From the NCBI GenBank assembly GCA_012974305.1, contig JAAXQN010000213.1:1-52509 (forward strand): DNA of 52,509 nt. Direction: 5' to 3'. Below, in pieces: positions 1 to 8,388 of this stretch. Numbering within the stretch: the first letter of the stretch is position 1; each line of letters begins with the position of its first letter. The notes below the pieces were generated by a model that was not told where the DNA came from, did not search any database, and saw nothing but the letters and a program-made list of their open reading frames with translations. The translations under genes and the position numbers were made by a program. The DNA is from Candidatus Methylomirabilis sp. (lineage in GTDB: Bacteria > Methylomirabilota > Methylomirabilia > Methylomirabilales > CSP1-5).

Positions 1-136
1 AGGAGAAGCCACATACGAAAATAATCAGGTTCTCTTTTCACGCGCACCTCGAAGATCCTACCGGACCGTTACCGTGACCGTATGATACCCGGACGCCTCA
101 TCCAAAAAATGGAACTGGACCCGGGCATTTTGGACC

Positions 137-883
137 TCATAGACGCTCAAACAGCCACTCGGGAGTGAAGCGGAGTGCGAAAGTCGAAAGCAGGGTGAAG
201 TAGTCGGTGAGGAGGAGCACCCCCACCAGGATGAGAAACAGGCCACTCACCCGATTCACCCAGGGAAGGAGGCGCTTGAACCGGTTAAAGAAGAGGAGAA
301 ACCGGCCAAAAAGCAGGGCGCTTAAGAGGAAGGGGATGGCGAGTCCCGCAGAATAGGCAACGAGGAGCAGGATCCCTTGGCCTGCCGTTTCGGAAGTCGA
401 GGCCAACACCAGGATCGACCCCAGGATGGGGCCGACGCAGGGGATCCAGGCGGCTGCAAAGGTGACTCCAACAAGAAAGGCACCCAGATGTCCGCTGGGA
501 TGCTCCTTCAGGTTAAAGTGCTTCTCCCGCATGAGAAAGGGGAGCGGTAGCCAGCCAGCGATGTATAGGCCGAAGAGGATGACCAACAACCCGCCTGCCT
601 TACGAATGACGAGCTGATAATCGAACAGGAGATGTCCGAGAGCCGTTGCCGAGGCGCCGAAGGAGATGAAGATGACAGAGAAGCCGGTGATAAAGGCCAC
701 CGAGCGTATCAGGAGCTGCCGTCGGTGTTTGATGTGGGCGGCCGAGTCCTGGATTTCCTCGAGGGAGAGGCCACCTACCAAGGCGAGGTACGAGGGGATG
801 AGGGGGAAGACACAGGGAGACAGGAACGAGAGCAGACCTGCCCCCATCGCAACCAGGACCGATACCTGTGTCGCCGCACTCAT
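137..883 (-). CDS. ccdA: Cytochrome c biogenesis / thiol:disulfide electron-transfer membrane protein, CcdA (DsbD-core) family
   Basis: 248-aa multi-TM ORF. It has the two Cys-Pro membrane motifs typical of CcdA ('LSFLSPCVFPLIPSYL' and 'AAAWIPCVGPILG'). Confidence 0.85.
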   Translation of the reverse strand: MSAATQVSVLVAMGAGLLSFLSPCVFPLIPSYLALVGGLSLEEIQDSAAHIKHRRQLLIRSVAFITGFSVIFISFGASATALGHLLFDYQLVIRKAGGLLVILFGLYIAGWLPLPFLMREKHFNLKEHPSGHLGAFLVGVTFAAAWIPCVGPILGSILVLASTSETAGQGILLLVAYSAGLAIPFLLSALLFGRFLLFFNRFKRLLPWVNRVSGLFLILVGVLLLTDYFTLLSTFALRFTPEWLFERL

Positions 884-1003
884 TTTGCCGATCGTCCTAC
901 CGCTGCCTTAGCCCTTTTCCCTTCCTTCCAATTCCACCCTCCCATCATGGTAATGGTCGGCCGCGCGTTTGGCAACCCCCGCCTTGAGCCTAACTGCTCA
1001 GGC

Positions 1004-1276
1004 CTACGCCACCTCCTGTACTTGTGGGTGGGCGCTCCCTTGACGTTGAATCTGGGGATGCTGCTCTGGAGGCAGGACCGGCAGGAAATACCGGATGGTA
1101 AATCCACAGACCCGGCAGCGGCGGTAATAATAGAGGAATCCCCGCTCCTCCTCGACCTTGCCCACCTGCATCATGTGGTCAGCACAGCAACTGTCGGGCT
1201 GGAATGGGGAGACAATCCGTTCCGGATAGGCGTTGAGGGGCTCCTTACGGGAATCGTACTCGACGATAGTGGCCAT
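1004..1276 (-). CDS. Small Cys-rich hypothetical protein (possible zinc-ribbon)
   Basis: 90-aa ORF. A strong SD (AGGGAGGG) lies 5 nt upstream of the ATG at 1276. Contains 'CCADH' and 'CRVCGF' motifs. I recognise no family. Confidence 0.45.
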   Translation of the reverse strand: MATIVEYDSRKEPLNAYPERIVSPFQPDSCCADHMMQVGKVEEERGFLYYYRRCRVCGFTIRYFLPVLPPEQHPQIQRQGSAHPQVQEVA

Positions 1277-1371
1277 CGTACCCTCCCTTACAGGATGTAT
1301 TGGTTGACCTGCGGAATTACCTTATAAACGGGGAAAGACGCTCCAAGGTTCCCGCAGGTGTTCAAGGGAGG

Positions 1372-2070
1372 CTACGGCCCACAGCACTTTTCCCCCTCTT
1401 TGGCTTCATCGCCGTGCTCAAGAGGCACTCCCGCTTTAGTTAATCGTTCTTCAAAAGAACCCCGCCATCCGGGTGAGAGCGCCTGGATACGCAGCGCCTT
1501 CTTGGCCCCTTCGAGATTCTTCTGATCGAAATAGAGTAAATGGCACACCTCCTGAACCGTCATGCGTTCGGGGTCAGTCTTGACTCGGGCCAGGACATCG
1601 CCCGCGCCGACCTCGCCCTCTTCCACGACCCGAAGGTAAAACCCCGGTCGGCCGCTCGCCAAGAACACCTTGGGGAATTGTGCCATTCCCATCTTGATCC
1701 CTAGCTTGAAACAGGGAACACGCGGCTGGGTCACCTCGACGAGCGCGGACCCCACGCGAAACTGATCACCAATGCAAATGTCATCGTCTAGCATTCCCTC
1801 GACGGTGAAGTTCTCTCCGAACTGGCCAAAGGTGAAATCCGCTTGCCCGAGCTCCCGCTTCCAGTAGTCGTAATTCTCGAACGAATAGGCGTAGGCTGCC
1901 TTGTAGATCCCGCCGTGGTTTTTCAAGTCCGCTTGGCCATCCCCATCCAGACTGAGTGTGCGCAGCATGACCCGGCTGGTCACTGGTTCTTTGAAAATAC
2001 CCGTCGTGGTCGTCTTATTCATATATGGAATTTCCTTGGGCAATGACACATTCACCGAGAGAAGCTTCAC
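1372..2070 (-). CDS. MOSC domain protein (YiiM-like, MOSC + 3-alpha domain)
   Basis: 232 aa with a GTG start. 'MKLLSVNVSLPKEI...GIFKEPV', 'DGQADLKNHGG' and 'QPRVPCFKLG' are MOSC hallmarks, including the conserved Cys. It is a paralog of the N-terminus of the next gene. Confidence 0.85.
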   Translation of the reverse strand: MKLLSVNVSLPKEIPYMNKTTTTGIFKEPVTSRVMLRTLSLDGDGQADLKNHGGIYKAAYAYSFENYDYWKRELGQADFTFGQFGENFTVEGMLDDDICIGDQFRVGSALVEVTQPRVPCFKLGIKMGMAQFPKVFLASGRPGFYLRVVEEGEVGAGDVLARVKTDPERMTVQEVCHLLYFDQKNLEGAKKALRIQALSPGWRGSFEERLTKAGVPLEHGDEAKEGEKCCGP

Positions 2071-2151
2071 TCCTTGTCCCCCCTAGTACTCAGTTCCTCC
2101 TCCGAACAGAAATCTCATGGGCAAACACGTTTACTTTCGCCGACGACGGCG

Positions 2152-3894
2152 TCACACCCCGACGACCACATTGCTTTTTGGCTTGGAGCAGCAGATCAGG
2201 ACCGATCCCTGAGCGGGCAGGTCAAGTGGCTCTTGAACGTACTCCACTTCACCTTCCTCGAGCGTGCATTTACAGGTATGACATATCCCAGACCGACAGC
2301 TGTAATCCGGGCTCAATCCATTTGCCTCAGCGAGGTCAAGAATGCTTTCGAATGACGGGTTCCAATTTACCTTGACCCCCGACTTGGAAAACGTCACCTC
2401 GATTTCTTCGCAGCACTCAGAGGCTGCTGCGGCACGCTTTGGTGTCGCAACCTTTGCCCTCTCTGTCAGCGCAGAGGCCGGCCCGAAAAACTCGTAATGA
2501 ATCCGGGTCTCAGGGATCTCCCAGGAAAGGAGCCCGTTGAACAGCGATTTCATGAAGGGTGTGGGGCCACACAGATAGAAATCGAAATCTGTGCTGGGTA
2601 GCAGACGTTTCACGAGTTCGATATCCACGTGTCCCTCGTCATCATAGTCGCGTCCTACGGTGTCTTCGGACAAGGGTCTGCTGTATCGAATGTGCACGTG
2701 GACGTTGCTCTTTTCTTCGGCAACGCGCCGGACATGTTCACCCAGGGCATGCTCCCGGCTGTTTCGGCTGCCGTGAATAAACCATGTCGGTCGATTCGAA
2801 CCCGCATCTACAATGGAGTTTAACATGCTAATTAAGGGCGTCATCCCAACGCCGGCACTTAAGAGAACCACGCCGGTTTCCCCATGAGAGCCGAGGAAGA
2901 ATTTACCTCTGGGGGACTTTGTTAATAGCTGTGAGCCTAGTTCCACCTGATCATGGAAGTAGTTAGAAGACGCTCCTGGGTATACGTCTGGTCGGTTAGG
3001 TGGGGCGAGTTCTCTCTTGATGGTCAGCCGGTAGTAATCCCTGGTGGGGCTGTCAGATAAGGAATACGTCCGCAGAACCGGCTTCCAATGCCCTGGGATG
3101 TCCAGCTTCAAGGGCAAAAACTGGCCTGGCAAGAAGGGTGCTAACGGCTTTCCATCCTCGGGCACGAGATAAAACGAGGTGATGGTTTCACTCTCCAGCG
3201 CTTTCCGGTTAACAATCAATGTTCGAAGTTCCTCTTGAGTCTCAGTTGCGGCCTGAGCTTTGGCCAACCGGCCTTCAAACGTGACTCGCCACCCCGGGGA
3301 AAATGCGGCAACACCAAGGGCTTTTCTGAATCCCTCCAGGTTGTCCTTGTCAAAATACATCAGCTTGTTGGCCTCGATGATCGTCATGCCGACGGGGTCA
3401 ACTCTTACTCTCTCGATCACATCGCCCGCACCAACCTCCCCCTCTTCCAGCACGCGAAAGTAAAAACCCAGCCGCCCGCTGGCGAGAATCTGACTGTAAA
3501 ATCCCTCAACATTCATTTTGATCCCTAGCTTGTAACACGGGACGCGAGGCGCCGTGACTTCGAAAAGGGCTGTTCCTATTCTGAAGATATCGCCCACATG
3601 AACATCTTGATCGAGCATACCCTCGACTGTGAGGTTTTCGCCGAACTGCCCAAATGTGAAATCCGTCCTTCCAAGTTCACGCGCCCAGTGGGCATAATTA
3701 TCGAACGAATACACATACACGGCTCTGAATTCCCCGCCGTGACCAACCAAGTCAGCCTGGCCGTCACCCTCGAGGTTGAGAGTCCTAACCTGTACCCGTC
3801 CCTGTACGGGCTCTTTAAAGATGCCCGTTCGAACCGTCTTTCCTTTAGACGTGATCTCTTTGGGAAGGGAGACATTCACAGACAAGAGCTTCAT
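2152..3894 (-). CDS. MOSC - FAD/NAD(P)-binding (FNR-like) - 2Fe-2S ferredoxin fusion oxidoreductase
   Basis: N-terminal MOSC domain ('APRVPCYKLG'), a central 'RTYSLS' flavin motif with 'GVGMTP' NAD-binding motif, and a C-terminal 'CRSGICHTCKC' plant-type ferredoxin motif. I placed the start at the internal ATG 3894, 6 nt downstream of SD GGAGGAG (3901-3907), because it matches the paralog's N-terminus. The ORF track extends to 3939. Confidence 0.85.
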   Translation of the reverse strand: MKLLSVNVSLPKEITSKGKTVRTGIFKEPVQGRVQVRTLNLEGDGQADLVGHGGEFRAVYVYSFDNYAHWARELGRTDFTFGQFGENLTVEGMLDQDVHVGDIFRIGTALFEVTAPRVPCYKLGIKMNVEGFYSQILASGRLGFYFRVLEEGEVGAGDVIERVRVDPVGMTIIEANKLMYFDKDNLEGFRKALGVAAFSPGWRVTFEGRLAKAQAATETQEELRTLIVNRKALESETITSFYLVPEDGKPLAPFLPGQFLPLKLDIPGHWKPVLRTYSLSDSPTRDYYRLTIKRELAPPNRPDVYPGASSNYFHDQVELGSQLLTKSPRGKFFLGSHGETGVVLLSAGVGMTPLISMLNSIVDAGSNRPTWFIHGSRNSREHALGEHVRRVAEEKSNVHVHIRYSRPLSEDTVGRDYDDEGHVDIELVKRLLPSTDFDFYLCGPTPFMKSLFNGLLSWEIPETRIHYEFFGPASALTERAKVATPKRAAAASECCEEIEVTFSKSGVKVNWNPSFESILDLAEANGLSPDYSCRSGICHTCKCTLEEGEVEYVQEPLDLPAQGSVLICCSKPKSNVVVGV

Positions 3895-3998
3895 TACATG
3901 CTCCTCCATTATTTCCTTTGATTCCTGCCCTGGTTCCATGTTTGCTGCGCCTGGAAGGGCCCAAGTATCCCCTACTGGGCAAGAGGTGTCAACCTTGC

Positions 3999-4718
3999 TC
4001 AGCTAATTCCACATCCTTTTTCTTCCCTCTGTGCCTCAGTGGTTAGGGAGGCTACGAGTTGCGCGCTAGGTTCTCTCTCTAGATCTTCAGGTGCAGCTTC
4101 ACCGAGCTTCTTTCTGAGAGCAGCATTCATTTCTTCCAGCTGAGCAATACACCGTTGAAGTTTGTGAACCTTCGGTGCCATTTCTTCGACCGTGAATCGT
4201 TGCTTGATATGTTGGGGGCAGTTGGGGCTCCACGCCTTCACGTGGAAGAGCAAGACGCGCTCCGGCCGTGCCTTGTAATCGGCGTCAACAATCCTCTGTA
4301 ACAGTGCAGGGTCATCTTCGATGAATTCGGCGGTACCCCAAATTTTGACCCGATGGCGGTTCGGATAGTCCATCAGGAAGATGAACGCCTTGTTGTTTTC
4401 CCTGAGGTTGCCAAGCGAGATGTATTGGGCATTCCCTGCAAAGTCCGCGAACGCGAGCGTGTGCTCGTCGAGCACCTTGAGGAAACCTTTCGGACCGCCG
4501 CGGTACTGAATGTAGGGTTGCCCATCCGCGCTGGCAGTCCCCAAGTAGAGCGAATCTCGCTCGGCGATGTATTGTGCAAGCTCCGGCGTCACCACGTCCC
4601 GCCAGGGGCCCTGCTCGCCCCGCTGCTCCATCTTGGCGTAGGAAGTGCGTGAGCCGCGTTTCTCCTGGGCTACCTTGACTATAGGGGTAAAGGCAATTTC
4701 ACTAATCGGGTGTTTCAT
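3999..4718 (-). CDS. Pyridoxamine 5'-phosphate oxidase-family FMN-binding protein
   Basis: 239 aa. 'SLYLGTASADGQPYIQYRGGPKGFLKVLD..LAFADFAGN' has the split-barrel PNPOx-like pattern. SD AGGAGGG lies 6 nt upstream of the ATG. Confidence 0.7.
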   Translation of the reverse strand: MKHPISEIAFTPIVKVAQEKRGSRTSYAKMEQRGEQGPWRDVVTPELAQYIAERDSLYLGTASADGQPYIQYRGGPKGFLKVLDEHTLAFADFAGNAQYISLGNLRENNKAFIFLMDYPNRHRVKIWGTAEFIEDDPALLQRIVDADYKARPERVLLFHVKAWSPNCPQHIKQRFTVEEMAPKVHKLQRCIAQLEEMNAALRKKLGEAAPEDLEREPSAQLVASLTTEAQREEKGCGIS

Positions 4719-4918
4719 GATAGGCCCTCCTTTCCTGCACGGAAACCGTCGCGGTTGTATAGCCGCTGACAGCCGAGCTATCTCCTGGGTTTATGGGCGC
4801 TGAAGCAGGTCGTGGAGTTTCTCGATAGGCACTCTCTTTGGTACCACACCGACTACCTTCTCCACAACTTGACCATCCTCCTTTATTTCATCCGGACATT
4901 GCCGGTTCAACCGGGCGC

Positions 4919-5323
4919 TCAGGCATTGAGGGTGAGGTGTGGCATGCGCTCACCCCTGATGTAGCGTAGGATATCAACCGCGTCGAAGATCAGTGAGAGG
5001 CTGTCCAGGACGATGACTGCAATCAACCAATACCCGAAGAAGCTGCCGAAGGACGTGAAATCAAGTCGAGTCCACAGCCAGGGAATCATGGGAACCCATG
5101 CAATGTGGCCAATTCCCAGCAAACGTACAAATCCCTTGGCCCCGAAGATTGCCGTCATGATCATCAGGCCGAACATTGCGGCGATGAGCACGACTTTGGC
5201 TTCGCGGGTGTGGATGTAGTAGAGCGGGATCACCATGTTGACAGCCACGAGCAAGCCCATCCATCCCAGCCAGGGTTTTGGCAATAACAGCATGGTCTTC
5301 GTGAATTCGATCATCACCTTCAT
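4919..5323 (-). CDS. Hypothetical integral membrane protein (about 4 TM)
   Basis: 134-aa hydrophobic ORF packed between neighbouring genes on the same strand. No recognised motif. Confidence 0.5.
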   Translation of the reverse strand: MKVMIEFTKTMLLLPKPWLGWMGLLVAVNMVIPLYYIHTREAKVVLIAAMFGLMIMTAIFGAKGFVRLLGIGHIAWVPMIPWLWTRLDFTSFGSFFGYWLIAVIVLDSLSLIFDAVDILRYIRGERMPHLTLNA

Positions 5324-5348
5324 TTGAGGTACCTTTTTCCCTTCCTGA

Positions 5349-6383
5349 CTATTCGGCCCAGGGAAGAAGCACGATGTTGCCGGCGACCTGGTTCGTGGAG
5401 ATCAACCGATGTGCCTCGGCCGCCTGGCTCAGCGGAAGTTTTCGGTCGACCAACGGTTTGATCCGGCCTGCACGGACCTCTTCCAGTCCCCACTTGAGAT
5501 CCTCTGTATTGCTCGCCATTGATCCGCGTAACTGCTTCTCGGCGAAGAAGAGATTGCGGATGTCGAACTTGACCTCGGGGCCAGCCGCAAATCCATAAGC
5601 GACCACCACACCCAGTGGCCTAGCGGCATCGATGCTCTTGGGCAGCACGTCGCCAGCGAGGTTGTCGATCACTACATCAGCGCCACGGCCGCCGCTCCAT
5701 TCCTTGACGCGCCCGACAAAGTCTTCTTTGCGCGTGTTGATCACCAGGTCGGCGCCAATCTTCTTGGCAAACTCGCCCTTGGCATCGTCGCGGACCGTGG
5801 TGGCGACTTTCGCGCCCAGGGCCTTGGCCACCTGGATCTGCATGCTGCCAGAGCCCGAAGCGCCCGAGTGGACTAACACCTTGTCGCCAGCCTTGACCGC
5901 GCCCACCACTTTGACGGCCCGAACACTCGAGCCCAGGACTACGGGGAGCGTGGCTACTTCTTCCGGCTTCAGCCCGGTGTCATCCTTGATCACCCACTGC
6001 GCAGGGATTTCGATATACTGGGCATACATGCCCGGTATTCCGAGTCCGGCAAGCGTGAAGCTGGAAGCTGTTGCCGCTGGACGAATGTCGTATTCCTCTT
6101 CTTTGACCGGGAAACCGGGCACGGGAATCACGCGCTCACCGATTTTGAAGCTTTTGACTCCCTTGCCCAGTTCAGCCACCTCACCGGCGGCGTCGGAACC
6201 CAGGATATGGGGAAAGGGAAGCTCGGGGACGATCGACCCCTCGCGCAGGTAATCATCGAAGCGGTTAATGCCCGCGGCGAGGACCTTGATCAGAACGTGT
6301 CCGGGCTTGGGTGTTGGAGTCGGGACGTCTTCGTACTTGAGCACGTCGGGATCACCAAATTTGTGAATCACTGCTGCCTTCAT
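5349..6383 (-). CDS. Medium-chain dehydrogenase/reductase, quinone oxidoreductase-like (NADPH-dependent)
   Basis: 344 aa. 'MKAAVIHKFGDPDVLKYEDVPTP', the 'VLVHSGASGSGS' Rossmann motif and the 'GNIVL' C-terminus are typical of Qor/MDR proteins. SD AGGAGGG upstream. Confidence 0.85.
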   Translation of the reverse strand: MKAAVIHKFGDPDVLKYEDVPTPTPKPGHVLIKVLAAGINRFDDYLREGSIVPELPFPHILGSDAAGEVAELGKGVKSFKIGERVIPVPGFPVKEEEYDIRPAATASSFTLAGLGIPGMYAQYIEIPAQWVIKDDTGLKPEEVATLPVVLGSSVRAVKVVGAVKAGDKVLVHSGASGSGSMQIQVAKALGAKVATTVRDDAKGEFAKKIGADLVINTRKEDFVGRVKEWSGGRGADVVIDNLAGDVLPKSIDAARPLGVVVAYGFAAGPEVKFDIRNLFFAEKQLRGSMASNTEDLKWGLEEVRAGRIKPLVDRKLPLSQAAEAHRLISTNQVAGNIVLLPWAE

Positions 6384-6704
6384 TTCAGTTCCCTCCTATC
6401 CTTTTTATTGAGAAAGGTTGAACCTGGTTAGCACTCGTTGATCGACCGAGGTTGAGGCTGGAAATCATGTGGAGCGTAATGCGCTCCAGAATGCGGGGAA
6501 TATTGTTCTGAGGCGGGGCCATCCCCGGATCCGCCATGCCTCTTTTCCCTCGTCTGCTGGGCCGATATGACCTCCAACGAAGGTGTAGAGGCTCCGTGGC
6601 CGTAAAATCAGGCAGGTATGACTATCGGGAGATACAAATGATAATAAACGGACTCCAGGTTGGCAACCACTCGCTTCGGAGCTTCCTGAGTCTGGAGAGA
6701 CAAC

Positions 6705-6746
6705 AAACCCGCCGCTCCTGTAAGTCCCCGTTCGGAGGGCGGGTTT
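6705..6746 (-). terminator. Putative intrinsic terminator downstream of the anti-sigma gene
   Basis: AAACCCGCCGCTCC ... GGAGGGCGGGTTT inverted repeat. On the minus strand it is followed by a GTTTGTTGT tract, and it sits 12 nt past the stop at 6758. Confidence 0.5.
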
Positions 6747-6757
6747 GAAAAGAGGAT

Positions 6758-7555
6758 TCAGGACTGCTCAGCCTCGAAGAAGACCCGGGCACATTGGAAA
6801 AGCTCGTCCCAGCCCACATCCGAGACCAGCGCGTAGGTCATCTTCCCGCTTTCCCAGAGGAGAATCTGTTTCATGAGATACTCTCCGGTCAGAAAAGTTC
6901 TGCCGTCCCGCTGGATCTCTTGCAGGCCGCTGAGGGAGGCCTCGTATCTTGGGAACGCAAAGAGGGAGATGATATTGCGTCCCTTTTCGTACACGATATA
7001 GCCCGCGCGGCGACCGCGCAACTCCGTGACCCGTCCCCCCAGCAGTTGGATCCCCGAAGCGCTATAGTCAGGGACCCGAACCGAATGTCCTGTCTGCCGC
7101 TGAACCCAAAAGGCGACCTGCTCGGTATTTTTACTGGGGAGTTCGGCAGGGTTTTCCAAGGGGGCGAATTTCATGTGCTCCGACACCATTTCCGTTACCA
7201 GGGGGTGAATCCCGGGCTTGGAAACAGGCTGCGCGATGAGATACCCGAGAACCCCACCGAGGGCGAAGAAGGCAATCGAAGCGGCCAATGCCAATGACGA
7301 GACCGGCACCCGAGAGGGACGCTGCGGTTGCTCCTCCTCTGCGATCCTCGCTCTGAGACCTTCTGCGAGATGAGGTGGAACGGGTTCCCGAGCAATTTTT
7401 GTCCTGAGCTCCTCCCGGAAAGCCTGCTCTGCCTCCACCGCCTGGCGGCAGGAGGGACATGACTGAAGGTGGGCTTCCACATCCAGCATCTTGGGCGCCT
7501 CGAGCTCGCCGTCACAATAGGCTTGAAGATACGGCGCTATTTCGTGTGAGGTCAT
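6758..7555 (-). CDS. Anti-sigma factor (zf-HC2 N-terminus, single TM, periplasmic C-terminal domain)
   Basis: The 'HLQSCPSC' H-x3-C-x2-C motif lies near the N-terminus and a central TM segment follows. I placed the start at ATG 7555, which overlaps the sigma-factor stop as ATGA. The ORF track extends to 7660. Confidence 0.75.
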   Translation of the reverse strand: MTSHEIAPYLQAYCDGELEAPKMLDVEAHLQSCPSCRQAVEAEQAFREELRTKIAREPVPPHLAEGLRARIAEEEQPQRPSRVPVSSLALAASIAFFALGGVLGYLIAQPVSKPGIHPLVTEMVSEHMKFAPLENPAELPSKNTEQVAFWVQRQTGHSVRVPDYSASGIQLLGGRVTELRGRRAGYIVYEKGRNIISLFAFPRYEASLSGLQEIQRDGRTFLTGEYLMKQILLWESGKMTYALVSDVGWDELFQCARVFFEAEQS

Positions 7556-8118
7556 TCGTCCTCCTGTGGTGCTTTGTCGCCCCCCGCATACTGCTTCAGG
7601 GCGTCTCGAAGAGCCTGCCGGCCCCTGTACAACCGGGACATCACCGTCCCGATGGGACACTCACAGATCTTAGCGATCTCTCGATAGCTACAACCCTCGA
7701 TATCCGCCAGGACTACTGCCACCCGAAGCTTGGGGGAAAGCGCGTCGATGGCTCGTTCGATGTCCTCCCCCGCCAACCGGTGGATCAGATCGACTTCCGG
7801 ATTCCCCGGAAGTGAGCTGCTCGTCCCCCCTTCCCGGTACACCCGCTCTTCGTCTAAGTCCACCGTGGGGTACGAGGCTCGCCGGACACGATTCACAAAG
7901 AGACTGTGAAGGATCGCAAAGAGCCAGGCCCGACAATCGGTCCCCGACCGAAACTGGTGGAAGAAGCGGTAGGCCCGGAGAAATGTCTCCTGGAACAGGT
8001 CCTCCGCATCCGTCTTGTTTCGGATCAGCCGCAGGGCCGTACTGTATATACTTTGCATATGGACCAGGGCGGTCTCCTCAAACTCCTGCCGCCTCTGGTC
8101 CTCTTGGTCGGGTCCCAT
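7552..8118 (-). CDS. ECF (group 4) RNA polymerase sigma-70 factor
   Basis: Region 2 ('DAEDLFQETFLRAYR') and region 4 ('SYREIAKICECPIGTVMSRLYRGRQALR') are both present. The ATG at 8118 lies 6 nt after SD GGGAG. Confidence 0.9.
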   Translation of the reverse strand: MGPDQEDQRRQEFEETALVHMQSIYSTALRLIRNKTDAEDLFQETFLRAYRFFHQFRSGTDCRAWLFAILHSLFVNRVRRASYPTVDLDEERVYREGGTSSSLPGNPEVDLIHRLAGEDIERAIDALSPKLRVAVVLADIEGCSYREIAKICECPIGTVMSRLYRGRQALRDALKQYAGGDKAPQEDE

Positions 8119-8388
8119 CACCGACTCCCGGTGGAGGGGGAGAGGACCCTATTCTCTGCAAACACCTTCCGTGCCGAGAATATTCCTTTCCCCCGAGGTC
8201 GATACCCTGCCATCTTTGACGAATCTCCGCCGGCTGTCAACCGCCCAGGGCCGTCCCCGCATCAAGCCTTTCTGGCTGCAATGGGGAATATAACTCGCCA
8301 TCGCCCTGTTCATCACATATATATATGAGACTGAAGAGGCATTGGGGGATTCCGTGTCCTCCATGCCAGTGAAAAAAGGGGGACAACA

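Noticed and set aside
1-136. Possible 5' fragment of a minus-strand gene downstream of ccdA (open frame 'VRVKREPDYFRMWLL' running off the window start)
   Set aside because: Only about 15 codons are visible, and there is no motif or clear SD. That is too little to call.
2152-3939. Longer N-terminal extensions offered by the ORF track: 2152-3939, 6758-7660, 10445-11392, 13990-14646, 14591-16027, 20596-22050, 24476-25750 and 40668-42200
   Set aside because: In each case an internal ATG with a good SD sequence, a stop/start overlap with the upstream gene, or alignment to a paralog gives a start that does not overlap the preceding gene. The extensions are Arg/Pro/Ser-rich read-through of upstream coding sequence in another frame.
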